Of a DNA stretch of 64,000 bases, positions 8,738-17,754 are shown piece after piece. The stretch comes from Chitinophaga pinensis. Its GTDB lineage: Bacteria > Bacteroidota > Bacteroidia > NS11-12g > UBA955. The position numbers were made by a program, and so were the translations under genes. The notes below the pieces were generated by a model, which made no database searches, was not told where the DNA came from, and was given only the letters and a program-made list of their open reading frames with translations. Location: positions 1,171-65,170 of the forward strand of contig CAMBFD010000004.1 of NCBI GenBank assembly GCA_945865625.1, in the 5' to 3' direction. Position 1 is the stretch's first letter. Each line of letters starts with the position of its first letter.

Positions 8738-11140
8738 ATGAAAAAAATATTATTATCGTTAGTGGCAATTTGCTCATTGTATAATGCAAATGCACAAGTA
8801 ATCGAGAAAGTTAATTATTTAGGAGCTTTAGATAAAGATCCTAAAAAAGATTGGACAAAAACTTGGACCAATTGGGATCCTAAAAACGCTTCTTATGGTG
8901 CAATTACCGATTCAACAACATTGAATGATGCATCTGGTGAGAAATCAATTACAGGTACATTGACTTTATCTGCGTCTCAAGTTTACCTTTTAAAAACAAT
9001 GTTGGTGATTAAAAGTGGTGGTAAATTGGTTATTCCTGCCGGTACAGTAATTAGAGGTAGAGGAAATACTGGTGCTACGCCAAAAGAATACGCTACAGTT
9101 GTTGTAGAAAGAGGCGGAAAAATTGAAGCTCAAGGGACTCAAGCAAATCCAGTTGTTTTCACTTCTGCATTGCCTATTGGTTCTAGAGAACGTGGTAACT
9201 GGGGTGGTGTTTTCATCGCCGGAAATGCTCCTAACAACCAAGGTGCAAGTGTTCAAATGGAAGGTTTTAACAACGTTTCATTTAACAATCAATTGGCTTT
9301 CTATGGTGGTAATGTTGAAAACGACAATTCAGGAAGTTTAACTTACGTAAGACTTGAATTCGGAGGTTTTGCTTTCGAACCTAATAAAGAATTAAACGGT
9401 ATTACTTTCGCATCAGTTGGTAATGCTACTAAAGTTGATAACATTCAAGTTTCATTCTCTGGTGATGATTCTTATGAGTGGTTTGGTGGTTCAGTAAATT
9501 GTAAGCATATCATTGCGTACAAAGGTACTGATGATGATTTTGATACTGATTTTGGTTACAGAGGTTCAGTTCAATTTGGTATTGCTCAAAAAGATACAAG
9601 TTATTACGATATGTCTTGGAATGTTACTGGTGGTTCTACTTCAGAGTGTTTTGAGTCTGATAATGACGCTTCAGGTTCAGGTAAATTGCCTTTGACTTCT
9701 GCAGTATTCACTAACATGACATGTGTTGGTCCTGTGCCAGTTGGTGCAAAATGGTTTGATTTAAGTACTACTATAAAAGGTGCATTTCGTCGTGGTGCTC
9801 GTATCCGTAGAAATAGCCGTATTTCAATCATTAACTCTATTTTCATGGGTTACAGAAACTTCATTATGTTAGATGGTGATAGCACATTGTATGCTGCTGG
9901 TGCACGTCCAACAGTGAAGCCTAATGATAACTTCGATTTAGTTCGCAATAACTATTTTTGTAATTCCACTTCTGCGTTTTCTCCAGCCGCTGCAACTGCA
10001 AACGGTTTAAGTGAAACGAGTACTGGTTATTTCGCTGATAGTGTATCTATTTGGTTGCAAAACGCTAAATCTAAAAATATGATCAATAAAGTGAGCTATA
10101 CTTCAGGTACAGTTTTAGTAGATCCACAAAACAAAACAAATCCTAATTTCCGTCCTGTTTCTACAAATGCTGATTTATATAATTCTTCTGACTATACATA
10201 CAACGTTTACCCTAAATATGGTACTTTCGTAGTTTGTGATTCTATCACCCGTCAGCCTAAGAATTTGACTGTAAAAACTTCAAGCAATGCGGAATTCAAT
10301 TTTGCATATTCAACAGAAGGTGCTACTTTCCAATGGCAAAGTAACACTGGTTCTGGATTCAAGAATATTTCAGGTGGCCAATATACTGGTACTTCAAATG
10401 ATTCAATGATTGTTTCTAATGTAACTATTGCAAATAATGGTGCTAAATTCAGATGTTTAATTTCAACACGCTGGTGCAATGATTCTACTTCTGCAGCTTT
10501 GTTATCTGCTATCTACAAAGCTTGTACATTAATTACAACTCAACCTGCTGCAAATACTAAAGCTTCTGGTTCAAATGCTGTGTTTACAATTGCAACAAAC
10601 GACAATACTGCTGCTATCAAATGGGAATCAGATTTCGATTTAGGTATGCAATCTGTACCGGCTACTAGTAAGTACACCGGAACTGCGACAACTAGCTTAA
10701 CTGTTAAAAATGTTGCTTTGAGAAACCACGGTCAAACTTTCAGAGCGATTGCTCAAACGAATGTTTGTGCTGATACTTCAAACACTGCATTGTTGAATAT
10801 TTCTGATAGTTGCATTAGCTATAAGAGTGTTAGAGTTACTGATACTTTGGTAATGAAAGTAAACGTATCTGTTAGCGGTGTTAGCAAATCTACAAATATT
10901 AAAGTTTATCCAGTTCCAACGAAAAATGAATTGACAATTGACAATGGTAACTTCACATTAATGGGTGGTTATTCAATTAAAATCTATTCAATCACTGGTT
11001 CTTTGGTATACTCTCAAACAATCTCTCAACAACAATACACTGTTAACTTGGCTAATTGGACTGGTTTAGGTGTTTACACTATGCAAGTTTTAGATAGCAA
11101 CGGTGCTATTATTGGAACAAAGAAAATTATCTTAGAATAA
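8738..11140 (+). CDS. T9SS-sorted surface protein with two tandem Ig-like repeats
   Basis: Start placed at MKKILLSLVAICSLYNANA. Two ~95-aa repeats (C..IT.QP....F..A......W.S......Y.GT....L.V.NV...N.G..FR......C.D.S.ALL) at about 10240-10800. C-terminal type-A sorting domain (KVYPVPTKNELTI..GVYTMQVLDSNG..KKIILE). Confidence 0.7.
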   Translation: MKKILLSLVAICSLYNANAQVIEKVNYLGALDKDPKKDWTKTWTNWDPKNASYGAITDSTTLNDASGEKSITGTLTLSASQVYLLKTMLVIKSGGKLVIPAGTVIRGRGNTGATPKEYATVVVERGGKIEAQGTQANPVVFTSALPIGSRERGNWGGVFIAGNAPNNQGASVQMEGFNNVSFNNQLAFYGGNVENDNSGSLTYVRLEFGGFAFEPNKELNGITFASVGNATKVDNIQVSFSGDDSYEWFGGSVNCKHIIAYKGTDDDFDTDFGYRGSVQFGIAQKDTSYYDMSWNVTGGSTSECFESDNDASGSGKLPLTSAVFTNMTCVGPVPVGAKWFDLSTTIKGAFRRGARIRRNSRISIINSIFMGYRNFIMLDGDSTLYAAGARPTVKPNDNFDLVRNNYFCNSTSAFSPAAATANGLSETSTGYFADSVSIWLQNAKSKNMINKVSYTSGTVLVDPQNKTNPNFRPVSTNADLYNSSDYTYNVYPKYGTFVVCDSITRQPKNLTVKTSSNAEFNFAYSTEGATFQWQSNTGSGFKNISGGQYTGTSNDSMIVSNVTIANNGAKFRCLISTRWCNDSTSAALLSAIYKACTLITTQPAANTKASGSNAVFTIATNDNTAAIKWESDFDLGMQSVPATSKYTGTATTSLTVKNVALRNHGQTFRAIAQTNVCADTSNTALLNISDSCISYKSVRVTDTLVMKVNVSVSGVSKSTNIKVYPVPTKNELTIDNGNFTLMGGYSIKIYSITGSLVYSQTISQQQYTVNLANWTGLGVYTMQVLDSNGAIIGTKKIILE

Positions 11141-11160
11141 TTTATATTTTCACTCTCTTA

Positions 11161-11193
11161 AAAAAAAGGATCCCTTCGGGGATCCTTTTTTTT
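11161..11193. terminator. Bidirectional terminator hairpin
   Basis: AAAAAAA-GGATCCC-TTCG-GGGATCC-TTTTTTTT. An A-run and a T-run flank a GC-rich stem. Confidence 0.7.
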
Positions 11194-11239
11194 ATGTTGT
11201 ATTTTTTGCAAATGTTCAATTGATCTTTTGCGTTTTATG

Positions 11240-11271
11240 CAAAAAAAATGTCCCTCATGAATGAAGGACAT
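11240..11271 (-). terminator. Terminator of fhs
   Basis: On the minus strand, ATGTCCTTCAT/ATGAGGGACAT form an 11-bp stem with one G-U pair, followed by TTTTTTTT. It lies 25 bp beyond the fhs stop. Confidence 0.5.
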
Positions 11272-11295
11272 TTTGTATATCGTAAATATTGAATT

Positions 11296-12960
11296 TTAGC
11301 TCAATCCTGTGATTTTTCCGTTCACAACGTCCATTCCTAAAGCTGATGGTTCTTTTGGTAAACCAGGCATTCTCATGATATCACCAGCAACCGCAACAAT
11401 GAATTCTGCACCTGCATTGATGATCAACTGATCAATACGAATGGTGAAGTCTTTTTCTACACCTACTTTTTTAGCATTGTCGGTGAAAGAAAATTGCGTT
11501 TTCGCAATACATACTGGCCATTTGTCGGCACCGAGTTCAATGATATTTTTGAGGGACTTGCGAGCGTTATCACCTAAGATAATGTTCTTGCCGCCATAAA
11601 CTTTTTGAACAATTTTTTCAATTTTTGTTTCTACTGAATCTTCTAATTCGTAGGTATGTATAATGGCTTTAGAAGGATTGCTTTCAACAATCTCAACTAC
11701 TTTTTTAGCCAATTCAACAGCACCATCGCCACCGTTTGCAAATCCTTGGTTTCTAGCAAATGCAGCACCCAAACCTTTACAGAAGTCTTCAACCATTTGA
11801 AGTTCTTCTTCTGAGTCGAAATGGAATTGATTCAAAGCTACTACAACGGTTTGTCCGAAGTTTTGCAAGTTTTGAATGTGGCGTTCTAAGTTTGCCAATC
11901 CTTTTTGCAATCCTTCTTTATTTTGTAATTTGATTTCCTTTTCAGGAACCATTCCATGAAGTTTTAAACTTTGAGTGGTTGTTACCAAAACTGTTGCTTT
12001 AGGCGCTAAGCCTGCCGCTCGGCATTTGATATTTAGGAATTTTTCTGCGCCTAAATCGCTGCCAAAACCAGATTCGGTAACGGTATATTCTGAATATTGC
12101 AATGCTGCGTAAGTTGCTTGAATACTGTTACAACCATGCGCAATATTTGCAAAAGGGCCACCATGAATAAATGCAGCACCACCTTCTAAGGTTTGAACCA
12201 AATTAGGGTTAATTGCATCTTTTAACAAAGCGATAATTGCACCTGTAACTTTTAAATCGTTCACTCTGAAGGCATGTCCCTCATGAGTATAACCCAATAA
12301 AATTTGGCCAACTCTTCTTTTTAAATCTTCGAGGGAAGTAGAAAGACAAAGAATGGCCATAATTTCAGAAGCTGGAGTAATGTCGAATCCAGTTTCTTGA
12401 GGAATGCCATTTGTGCTTCCCCCCAAACCAGAAGTGATATAGCGCAATGAACGGTCGTTTACGTCTAAAACCCTTCTCCAAAGAACTTTTTTAAGCGAAG
12501 TAGGTTTTCCTTGGTTGATGTATTGATAGTTGTCGATTAATGCTGCAAGCGTATTGTTGGCAGAGGTAATGGCGTGGAAATCACCTGTAAAATGCAAGTT
12601 GATGTCTTCCATTGGAAGTACTTGTGAGTACCCGCCGCCGGCAGCACCACCCTTCATACCGAAGCAAGGTCCTAGAGAAGGCTCACGCAATGCTACAATG
12701 GCATTTTTGCCGATTTTCTTGAGCCCTTGGGTTAGAGCAACTGAAGTGGTTGTTTTACCACTACCGCTTTTATTTGGGGTGGTGGCAGTAACCAAAATTA
12801 GGTTACTTTGTTGGATTCTATTTTTGTCGGCCTTGAAATCAATTTTAGCTTTAAATTTACCATAAGGCTCAAGGCTGTTATGATCTACACCGATTTCTTC
12901 TGCGATTTGCGTGATAGGCTTTAAATTGGCCTGTTGTGCAATTTCTATGTCACTAAGCAT
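11296..12960 (-). CDS. fhs: Formate--tetrahydrofolate ligase
   Basis: 554 aa. MLSDIEIAQQA..., P-loop TPNKSGSGKTTT, EPSLGP.FG.KGGAAGGGY. Canonical FTHFS over its full length. Confidence 0.95.
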   Translation of the reverse strand: MLSDIEIAQQANLKPITQIAEEIGVDHNSLEPYGKFKAKIDFKADKNRIQQSNLILVTATTPNKSGSGKTTTSVALTQGLKKIGKNAIVALREPSLGPCFGMKGGAAGGGYSQVLPMEDINLHFTGDFHAITSANNTLAALIDNYQYINQGKPTSLKKVLWRRVLDVNDRSLRYITSGLGGSTNGIPQETGFDITPASEIMAILCLSTSLEDLKRRVGQILLGYTHEGHAFRVNDLKVTGAIIALLKDAINPNLVQTLEGGAAFIHGGPFANIAHGCNSIQATYAALQYSEYTVTESGFGSDLGAEKFLNIKCRAAGLAPKATVLVTTTQSLKLHGMVPEKEIKLQNKEGLQKGLANLERHIQNLQNFGQTVVVALNQFHFDSEEELQMVEDFCKGLGAAFARNQGFANGGDGAVELAKKVVEIVESNPSKAIIHTYELEDSVETKIEKIVQKVYGGKNIILGDNARKSLKNIIELGADKWPVCIAKTQFSFTDNAKKVGVEKDFTIRIDQLIINAGAEFIVAVAGDIMRMPGLPKEPSALGMDVVNGKITGLS

Positions 12961-13072
12961 CCTGCTAAATTAGGTTAAAATGTAGTGAACTGCAAAATTT
13001 TAACAGATGAAAGTAAGAGAATTTTAAAAAATAACCTTGGGTAAATTCCTTAAATTGACTGCGAAATTGTAT

Positions 13073-14008
13073 TTATTTCCATTGATAATGATAGATTTCT
13101 CTTTCTGATGTTCCATCATCATAAAAGTTCATCACAATAAATGCAGGCGCAAATTGCTGATATTCACCTTTCCACCAACCACCCGAAACAGCACCATTGC
13201 AATAATAGTCAGTGCCTAAATAATTTACATGATCAATTAAATGGATATGTCCACTCAAGCAGGCTTTAACATTCCCGTTTAAGTGAAATAAGTCCTTTAA
13301 AATATGAGAATCGGCGTGTAGTGCATTGTCGGGAACAAACCAATTGTTTTTATCATGCTTAATATTATCAAACATACTACAAATTGAGATAATAGGTATG
13401 TGAGAAACAACAAATACATATTCATCTTTTTTAGTATTGGTTAATTCATTTTGCAACCAATTGAGTTGTTCTTCATCTAATTTTCCAAAGTATCCTGGTA
13501 TTGTATTTCTCATGTGAATACTATCCAAAACAATCATCTTCCAATTGTCTTTTTGAATCGAATAGTATTTTTTGCTGAGTTTGTATTCTTCACAAGCCCA
13601 TAATTTTCCATCTTCCTTATTTATGCCTGGAATTGCCCATCCAAAAAGGTCGTGATTTCCAATGCAATGGTGAATAGGAAGGCTGTTGTTTTGTTTTAAA
13701 ACAGAATGAAAAGCGCTCCATTGTGATTTCACTTTAGATTTACTTAGAGCAACTGCGTTCATAATTGAATCGCCTCCATTCATGATAAAATCAACCTTGT
13801 CATTTAAATCATTTACAGCACACAATGCCTTTTCAAATCCTTTTAACGATGTTTTGTCATTGTGAACATGAATGTCGGTAAGATGTGCGACCCTCAGAAC
13901 ACGTTTGCGTTTTGGAACAGTGACAGAGGGTATTTTAGCCTGAATTTCTGTGATTAAACCTGATGCTGCGGTTATACCAAGAGTTGCAAGGAAGTTTTTT
14001 CTATTCAT
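13073..14008 (-). CDS. Calcineurin-like metallophosphoesterase, exported
   Basis: Start placed at MNRKNFLATLGITAASG (Tat-like signal). Metallophosphoesterase motifs HLTDIH, GGDS, GNHD and GHIH. Confidence 0.8.
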   Translation of the reverse strand: MNRKNFLATLGITAASGLITEIQAKIPSVTVPKRKRVLRVAHLTDIHVHNDKTSLKGFEKALCAVNDLNDKVDFIMNGGDSIMNAVALSKSKVKSQWSAFHSVLKQNNSLPIHHCIGNHDLFGWAIPGINKEDGKLWACEEYKLSKKYYSIQKDNWKMIVLDSIHMRNTIPGYFGKLDEEQLNWLQNELTNTKKDEYVFVVSHIPIISICSMFDNIKHDKNNWFVPDNALHADSHILKDLFHLNGNVKACLSGHIHLIDHVNYLGTDYYCNGAVSGGWWKGEYQQFAPAFIVMNFYDDGTSEREIYHYQWK

Positions 14009-14147
14009 TGAAAAATTACACTGCAAATCTGCAGAAGTAATTTATCCTTGTTAAGAGTATATTCTTATCAAATCATTATTGATTCGATGAAAAATGAAGT
14101 CAATGTTTTCTTAGACTTACTTCAATGTAATGAAATGGTCTAAATAA

Positions 14148-14915
14148 TTATTCTGTGACCTCAAAATATACGGATCCTAAACTTTTAATATTTGTTGAAA
14201 TTGCCTGATTGGGTTGAATGAATGCCGCAGAAGTTGCTGCACCTGCCATAATGTACATGCCTGCTTTGATTGGTTGATTGTATTGATGCGCCAATCGGGT
14301 AGCTGCTGCCAATGACTTCCATGGATCGCCTAAAATATCATTGGAATTTCCAGTTTCAACAACTTCACCATCAATGAGTAAATCTATTTTTAAATCGCCA
14401 ATTGGCGTGTTTGTGGGAAGCCAATCGCCCACTACAAATCCTATCGATGAGCAATTGTCGGCAATCACATCTTCCAAGGAGAATTTAAAGTTTTTATAAC
14501 GTGAATCAATGATCTCAATTGCACCCGCAACGCCACTTACATATTCCTTAACTTGGATTTCATCTAAAACGCCGTCAATGTCCTTCGAAATCATAAAACA
14601 TATTTCTGGTTCTACCCTTGGATGTATGTATTTTGAAAAGTTTGTTTTTCCGTGATTTTGAATCAGCATTGAGCTTGTTAATCGGCCCCAAATCATATCG
14701 TTTACCCCCATTTGCTTCATTTTCGCCTCTGAGGTAAATCCCATTTTAAGTCCAATTAACGTTTCACCTTCGTTGAAACGGTGATGAATTGCGAGTTCTT
14801 GAATGTTGTAAGCGTCTGACAATGAGATCGTTTGGCTTAAGCTAATTTGTTCAATTTCATTTGCGTTGATAGCCGCCAAATGAATCTCTTCTGCAATTTT
14901 CTCAATGGTTTTCAT
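14148..14915 (-). CDS. 2-oxopent-4-enoate hydratase / 4-oxalocrotonate decarboxylase family protein (paralog 1)
   Basis: Start placed at MKTIEKIAEEI. FAH-fold MhpD/XylI pattern: AY.IQ.., GLKMGFTS, EPEICF, AIEIIDSR, VIADNCSS. Divergent from paralog 2 across 70 bp. Confidence 0.75.
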   Translation of the reverse strand: MKTIEKIAEEIHLAAINANEIEQISLSQTISLSDAYNIQELAIHHRFNEGETLIGLKMGFTSEAKMKQMGVNDMIWGRLTSSMLIQNHGKTNFSKYIHPRVEPEICFMISKDIDGVLDEIQVKEYVSGVAGAIEIIDSRYKNFKFSLEDVIADNCSSIGFVVGDWLPTNTPIGDLKIDLLIDGEVVETGNSNDILGDPWKSLAAATRLAHQYNQPIKAGMYIMAGAATSAAFIQPNQAISTNIKSLGSVYFEVTE

Positions 14916-14985
14916 AATTACAAAGAAAGTGCATTTATTTTTACCATCAAATTTCATCTTTACAGATGTACCTTTGAAGCGTTTT

Positions 14986-15774
14986 ATGATGCAACAGGAT
15001 AACATAAATGAGGCTGCTGCGCAATTAAGAAATGCACAGCAAAATTACCTTCCTTGTTCGCCAATTCGCGAACTTATTGGCGAAACCGATATTGAAACTG
15101 CGTATGCCATTCAAAAAGTAAACGTGGATTTTCGTTTGCAAAATGGAGCAACTCGCGTAGGGGCTAAAATTGGTTTGACATCTCTTGCTGTTCAAAAACA
15201 GTTGGGTGTAAATCAACCCGATTTTGGAATTTTATTTGCCGATACACAAGTTCAAAATGGTGGTGAAATTTCGATAAAAGAAATACTTCAACCCAAAGCC
15301 GAGGCTGAAATTGCGTTTGTTTTAAAATCTGATTTGCCAAATTCAAATTATACCGAATCAGACATTTTAAATGCCACTGAAAATGTTTGTGGAGCCATTG
15401 AAATTGTTGGTTCTAGGGTTGAAAATTGGAACATTCGCATCACCGATACTGTTGCCGATAATGCTTCTGCAAGTCATTTTGTATTGGGCGATGAAAAGTA
15501 TAATCCAACAGATGTTGATTTGGTTGGCTGTAAAATGTCCCTCCTAAAAAACAATGAAGTTGTTTCTGAGGGAAGTGGTGCGGCTTGCATGGGTTCACCC
15601 GTTGCTGCTGTGGTTTGGTTGGCGAATACAATGAGCAATTTGGGTACTCCGTTGCAAAAAGGAGATATTATACTTTCTGGAGCTCTGGGGCCAATGAGCG
15701 CCGCTGTTGCTGGTGATCATTTTGTGGCTAAAATTGAAGGATTCGGAAATGTTTCATTTAAAATGACTGAATAA
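14986..15774 (+). CDS. mhpD: 2-keto-4-pentenoate (2-oxopent-4-enoate) hydratase
   Basis: Start placed at MMQQDNINEAAAQL. AYAIQ, GAKIGLTS, EAEIAFVL, AIEIVGSR and VADNASAS motifs. Directly followed by mhpF (stop TAA, then ATG). Confidence 0.8.
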   Translation: MMQQDNINEAAAQLRNAQQNYLPCSPIRELIGETDIETAYAIQKVNVDFRLQNGATRVGAKIGLTSLAVQKQLGVNQPDFGILFADTQVQNGGEISIKEILQPKAEAEIAFVLKSDLPNSNYTESDILNATENVCGAIEIVGSRVENWNIRITDTVADNASASHFVLGDEKYNPTDVDLVGCKMSLLKNNEVVSEGSGAACMGSPVAAVVWLANTMSNLGTPLQKGDIILSGALGPMSAAVAGDHFVAKIEGFGNVSFKMTE

Positions 15775-16716
15775 ATGACAAAGAAATTTAAGGCTGCCAT
15801 TATTGGTTCTGGAAATATTGGAACCGATTTAATGATCAAAATATTGAGAACTGGAAAGCATTTAGAAATGGCTGCTTTTGTGGGGATAGATGCTGAATCA
15901 GATGGATTGGCAAGGGCTCAAAGGATGGGTGTGCCAACAACTCATGAAGGCATTGATGGATTGTTGAATATGGAGAATTGGAATGAAATTGATTTTATTT
16001 TCGACGCCACTTCAGCGAAGGCCCATTTCATAAATTACGAAAAAATAAGCAAATTTCCAAATAAAAGGGTCATTGACCTAACGCCGGCGGCAATTGGACC
16101 GTTTTTGGTGCCACCGGTGAACTTTGCCGATTTGCATGATGTTCCAAATGTGAATATGGTAACATGTGGCGGACAGGCAACAATTCCAATGATTGCGGCG
16201 GTTTCGAGGGTTGCAAAAGTACACTACGGTGAAATTGTGGCGTCAATTGCTTCAAAATCAGCTGGTCCTGGAACCCGTGCGAATATCGATGAGTTCACTG
16301 AAACCACTGCCCATGCCATTGAAAAAGTGGGTGGTGCTACCAAGGGAAAGGCAATTATTGTGTTGAATCCTGCTGAACCTCCTTTGGTGATGCGCGATAC
16401 AGTGTTTACGCTCAGTGAAATGGCAAATCAAGACGATATTGTGAAAAGCATTAATGAAATGGTTGCTGAAGTTCAAAAATATGTTCCGGGATATCAATTG
16501 CATCAGGAAGTTCAGTTTGAAGTGATTTCTGAAGAAAATCCTGTTTTTATTGAGGGACTTGGTCACGTGCATGGTTTGAAAACCATGGTGCTTTTACAAG
16601 TGAGAGGTGCAGGACATTATTTGCCAGAATACGCGGGTAATTTAGATATCATGACAAGTGCGGCCTTAGCCACTGCTGAAAGAATGGCTGCGAATATGAA
16701 AGGAGAAACTATCTAA
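15775..16716 (+). CDS. mhpF: Acetaldehyde dehydrogenase (acetylating)
   Basis: 313 aa. N-terminal [15 protein letters not shown] Rossmann motif, catalytic region [11 protein letters not shown]-terminal [10 protein letters not shown]. Classic DmpF/MhpF. Confidence 0.9.
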   Translation: MTKKFKAAIIGSGNIGTDLMIKILRTGKHLEMAAFVGIDAESDGLARAQRMGVPTTHEGIDGLLNMENWNEIDFIFDATSAKAHFINYEKISKFPNKRVIDLTPAAIGPFLVPPVNFADLHDVPNVNMVTCGGQATIPMIAAVSRVAKVHYGEIVASIASKSAGPGTRANIDEFTETTAHAIEKVGGATKGKAIIVLNPAEPPLVMRDTVFTLSEMANQDDIVKSINEMVAEVQKYVPGYQLHQEVQFEVISEENPVFIEGLGHVHGLKTMVLLQVRGAGHYLPEYAGNLDIMTSAALATAERMAANMKGETI

Positions 16717-17726
16717 TGAAAAAGCTTTATATACAAGATGTTACATTGAGAGATGGACAACATGCCATTCGACATCAATATAGCAAAGAGCAAATGTTGA
16801 ACATTGCAATAGCATTAGACAATGCGAAAGTGGATGCCATTGAAGTTGCTCATGGTGATGGATTGGCAGGTGGTAGTTTTAACTATGGTTTTGGAGCTCA
16901 TACCGATTGGGAATGGTTGGAAACTGTTGCTGCTAATTTAAAGCATGCCAAGTTAACAACATTGTTGCTGCCTGGAATTGGAACCATTGATGATTTGAAG
17001 CGTGCAAGGGCCCTGGGTGTGGAATCTGTTCGTGTGGCTACACATTGCACTGAAGCCGATATTGCAGCTCAGCATATTGCTGCTGCTAAAGATTTAGGAA
17101 TGGATGTTGGAGGTTTCTTAATGATGTCGCACATGAATGATCCTATCAATTTGGCAAAACAAGCAAAATTGATGGAGAGTTATGGTGCTGATTGTGTTTA
17201 TGTGACCGATTCAGCGGGTGCATTGCTTATGGATGGCGTTGCCGACAGGGTAAAAGCTTTTAAAGATATATTAAAGCCGGAAACTGAAATTGGCATTCAT
17301 TGTCATCACAATTTAAGTTTGGGAGTTGCAAATACCATTGTTGCAATGCAACATGGCGCCAACAGACTTGATGCCTCATTGGCTGGCATGGGTGCTGGTG
17401 CTGGAAATGCACCATTGGAAGTGTTAATTGCTGTATTGAATAAAATGGATGCTGAACACGGTTGCGATTTGTTTGCTTTAATGGATGCTGCCGATGATTT
17501 GATTCGACCATTGCAAGTTCGCCCGGTTAGGGTTGATCGAGAAACTTTGTCGTTGGGATATGCTGGTGTATATTCAAGTTTCTTATTGCATGCTGAAAAG
17601 GCGGGCAGTCGATATGGTATTGATACAAGAAGTATTTTACAAGAATTGGGGAATCGAAAAATGGTTGGCGGACAAGAAGATATGATTGTTGACGTGGCCT
17701 TAGATATGTTGAATTCTCAGAAATAG
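16716..17726 (+). CDS. mhpE: 4-hydroxy-2-oxovalerate aldolase
   Basis: 336 aa. [34 protein letters not shown]. DmpG/MhpE HMGL-like fold. TAATG overlap with mhpF. Confidence 0.9.
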   Translation: MKKLYIQDVTLRDGQHAIRHQYSKEQMLNIAIALDNAKVDAIEVAHGDGLAGGSFNYGFGAHTDWEWLETVAANLKHAKLTTLLLPGIGTIDDLKRARALGVESVRVATHCTEADIAAQHIAAAKDLGMDVGGFLMMSHMNDPINLAKQAKLMESYGADCVYVTDSAGALLMDGVADRVKAFKDILKPETEIGIHCHHNLSLGVANTIVAMQHGANRLDASLAGMGAGAGNAPLEVLIAVLNKMDAEHGCDLFALMDAADDLIRPLQVRPVRVDRETLSLGYAGVYSSFLLHAEKAGSRYGIDTRSILQELGNRKMVGGQEDMIVDVALDMLNSQK

Positions 17727-17754
17727 ACTGAATGTGGTTATATTCGTAATTTAT

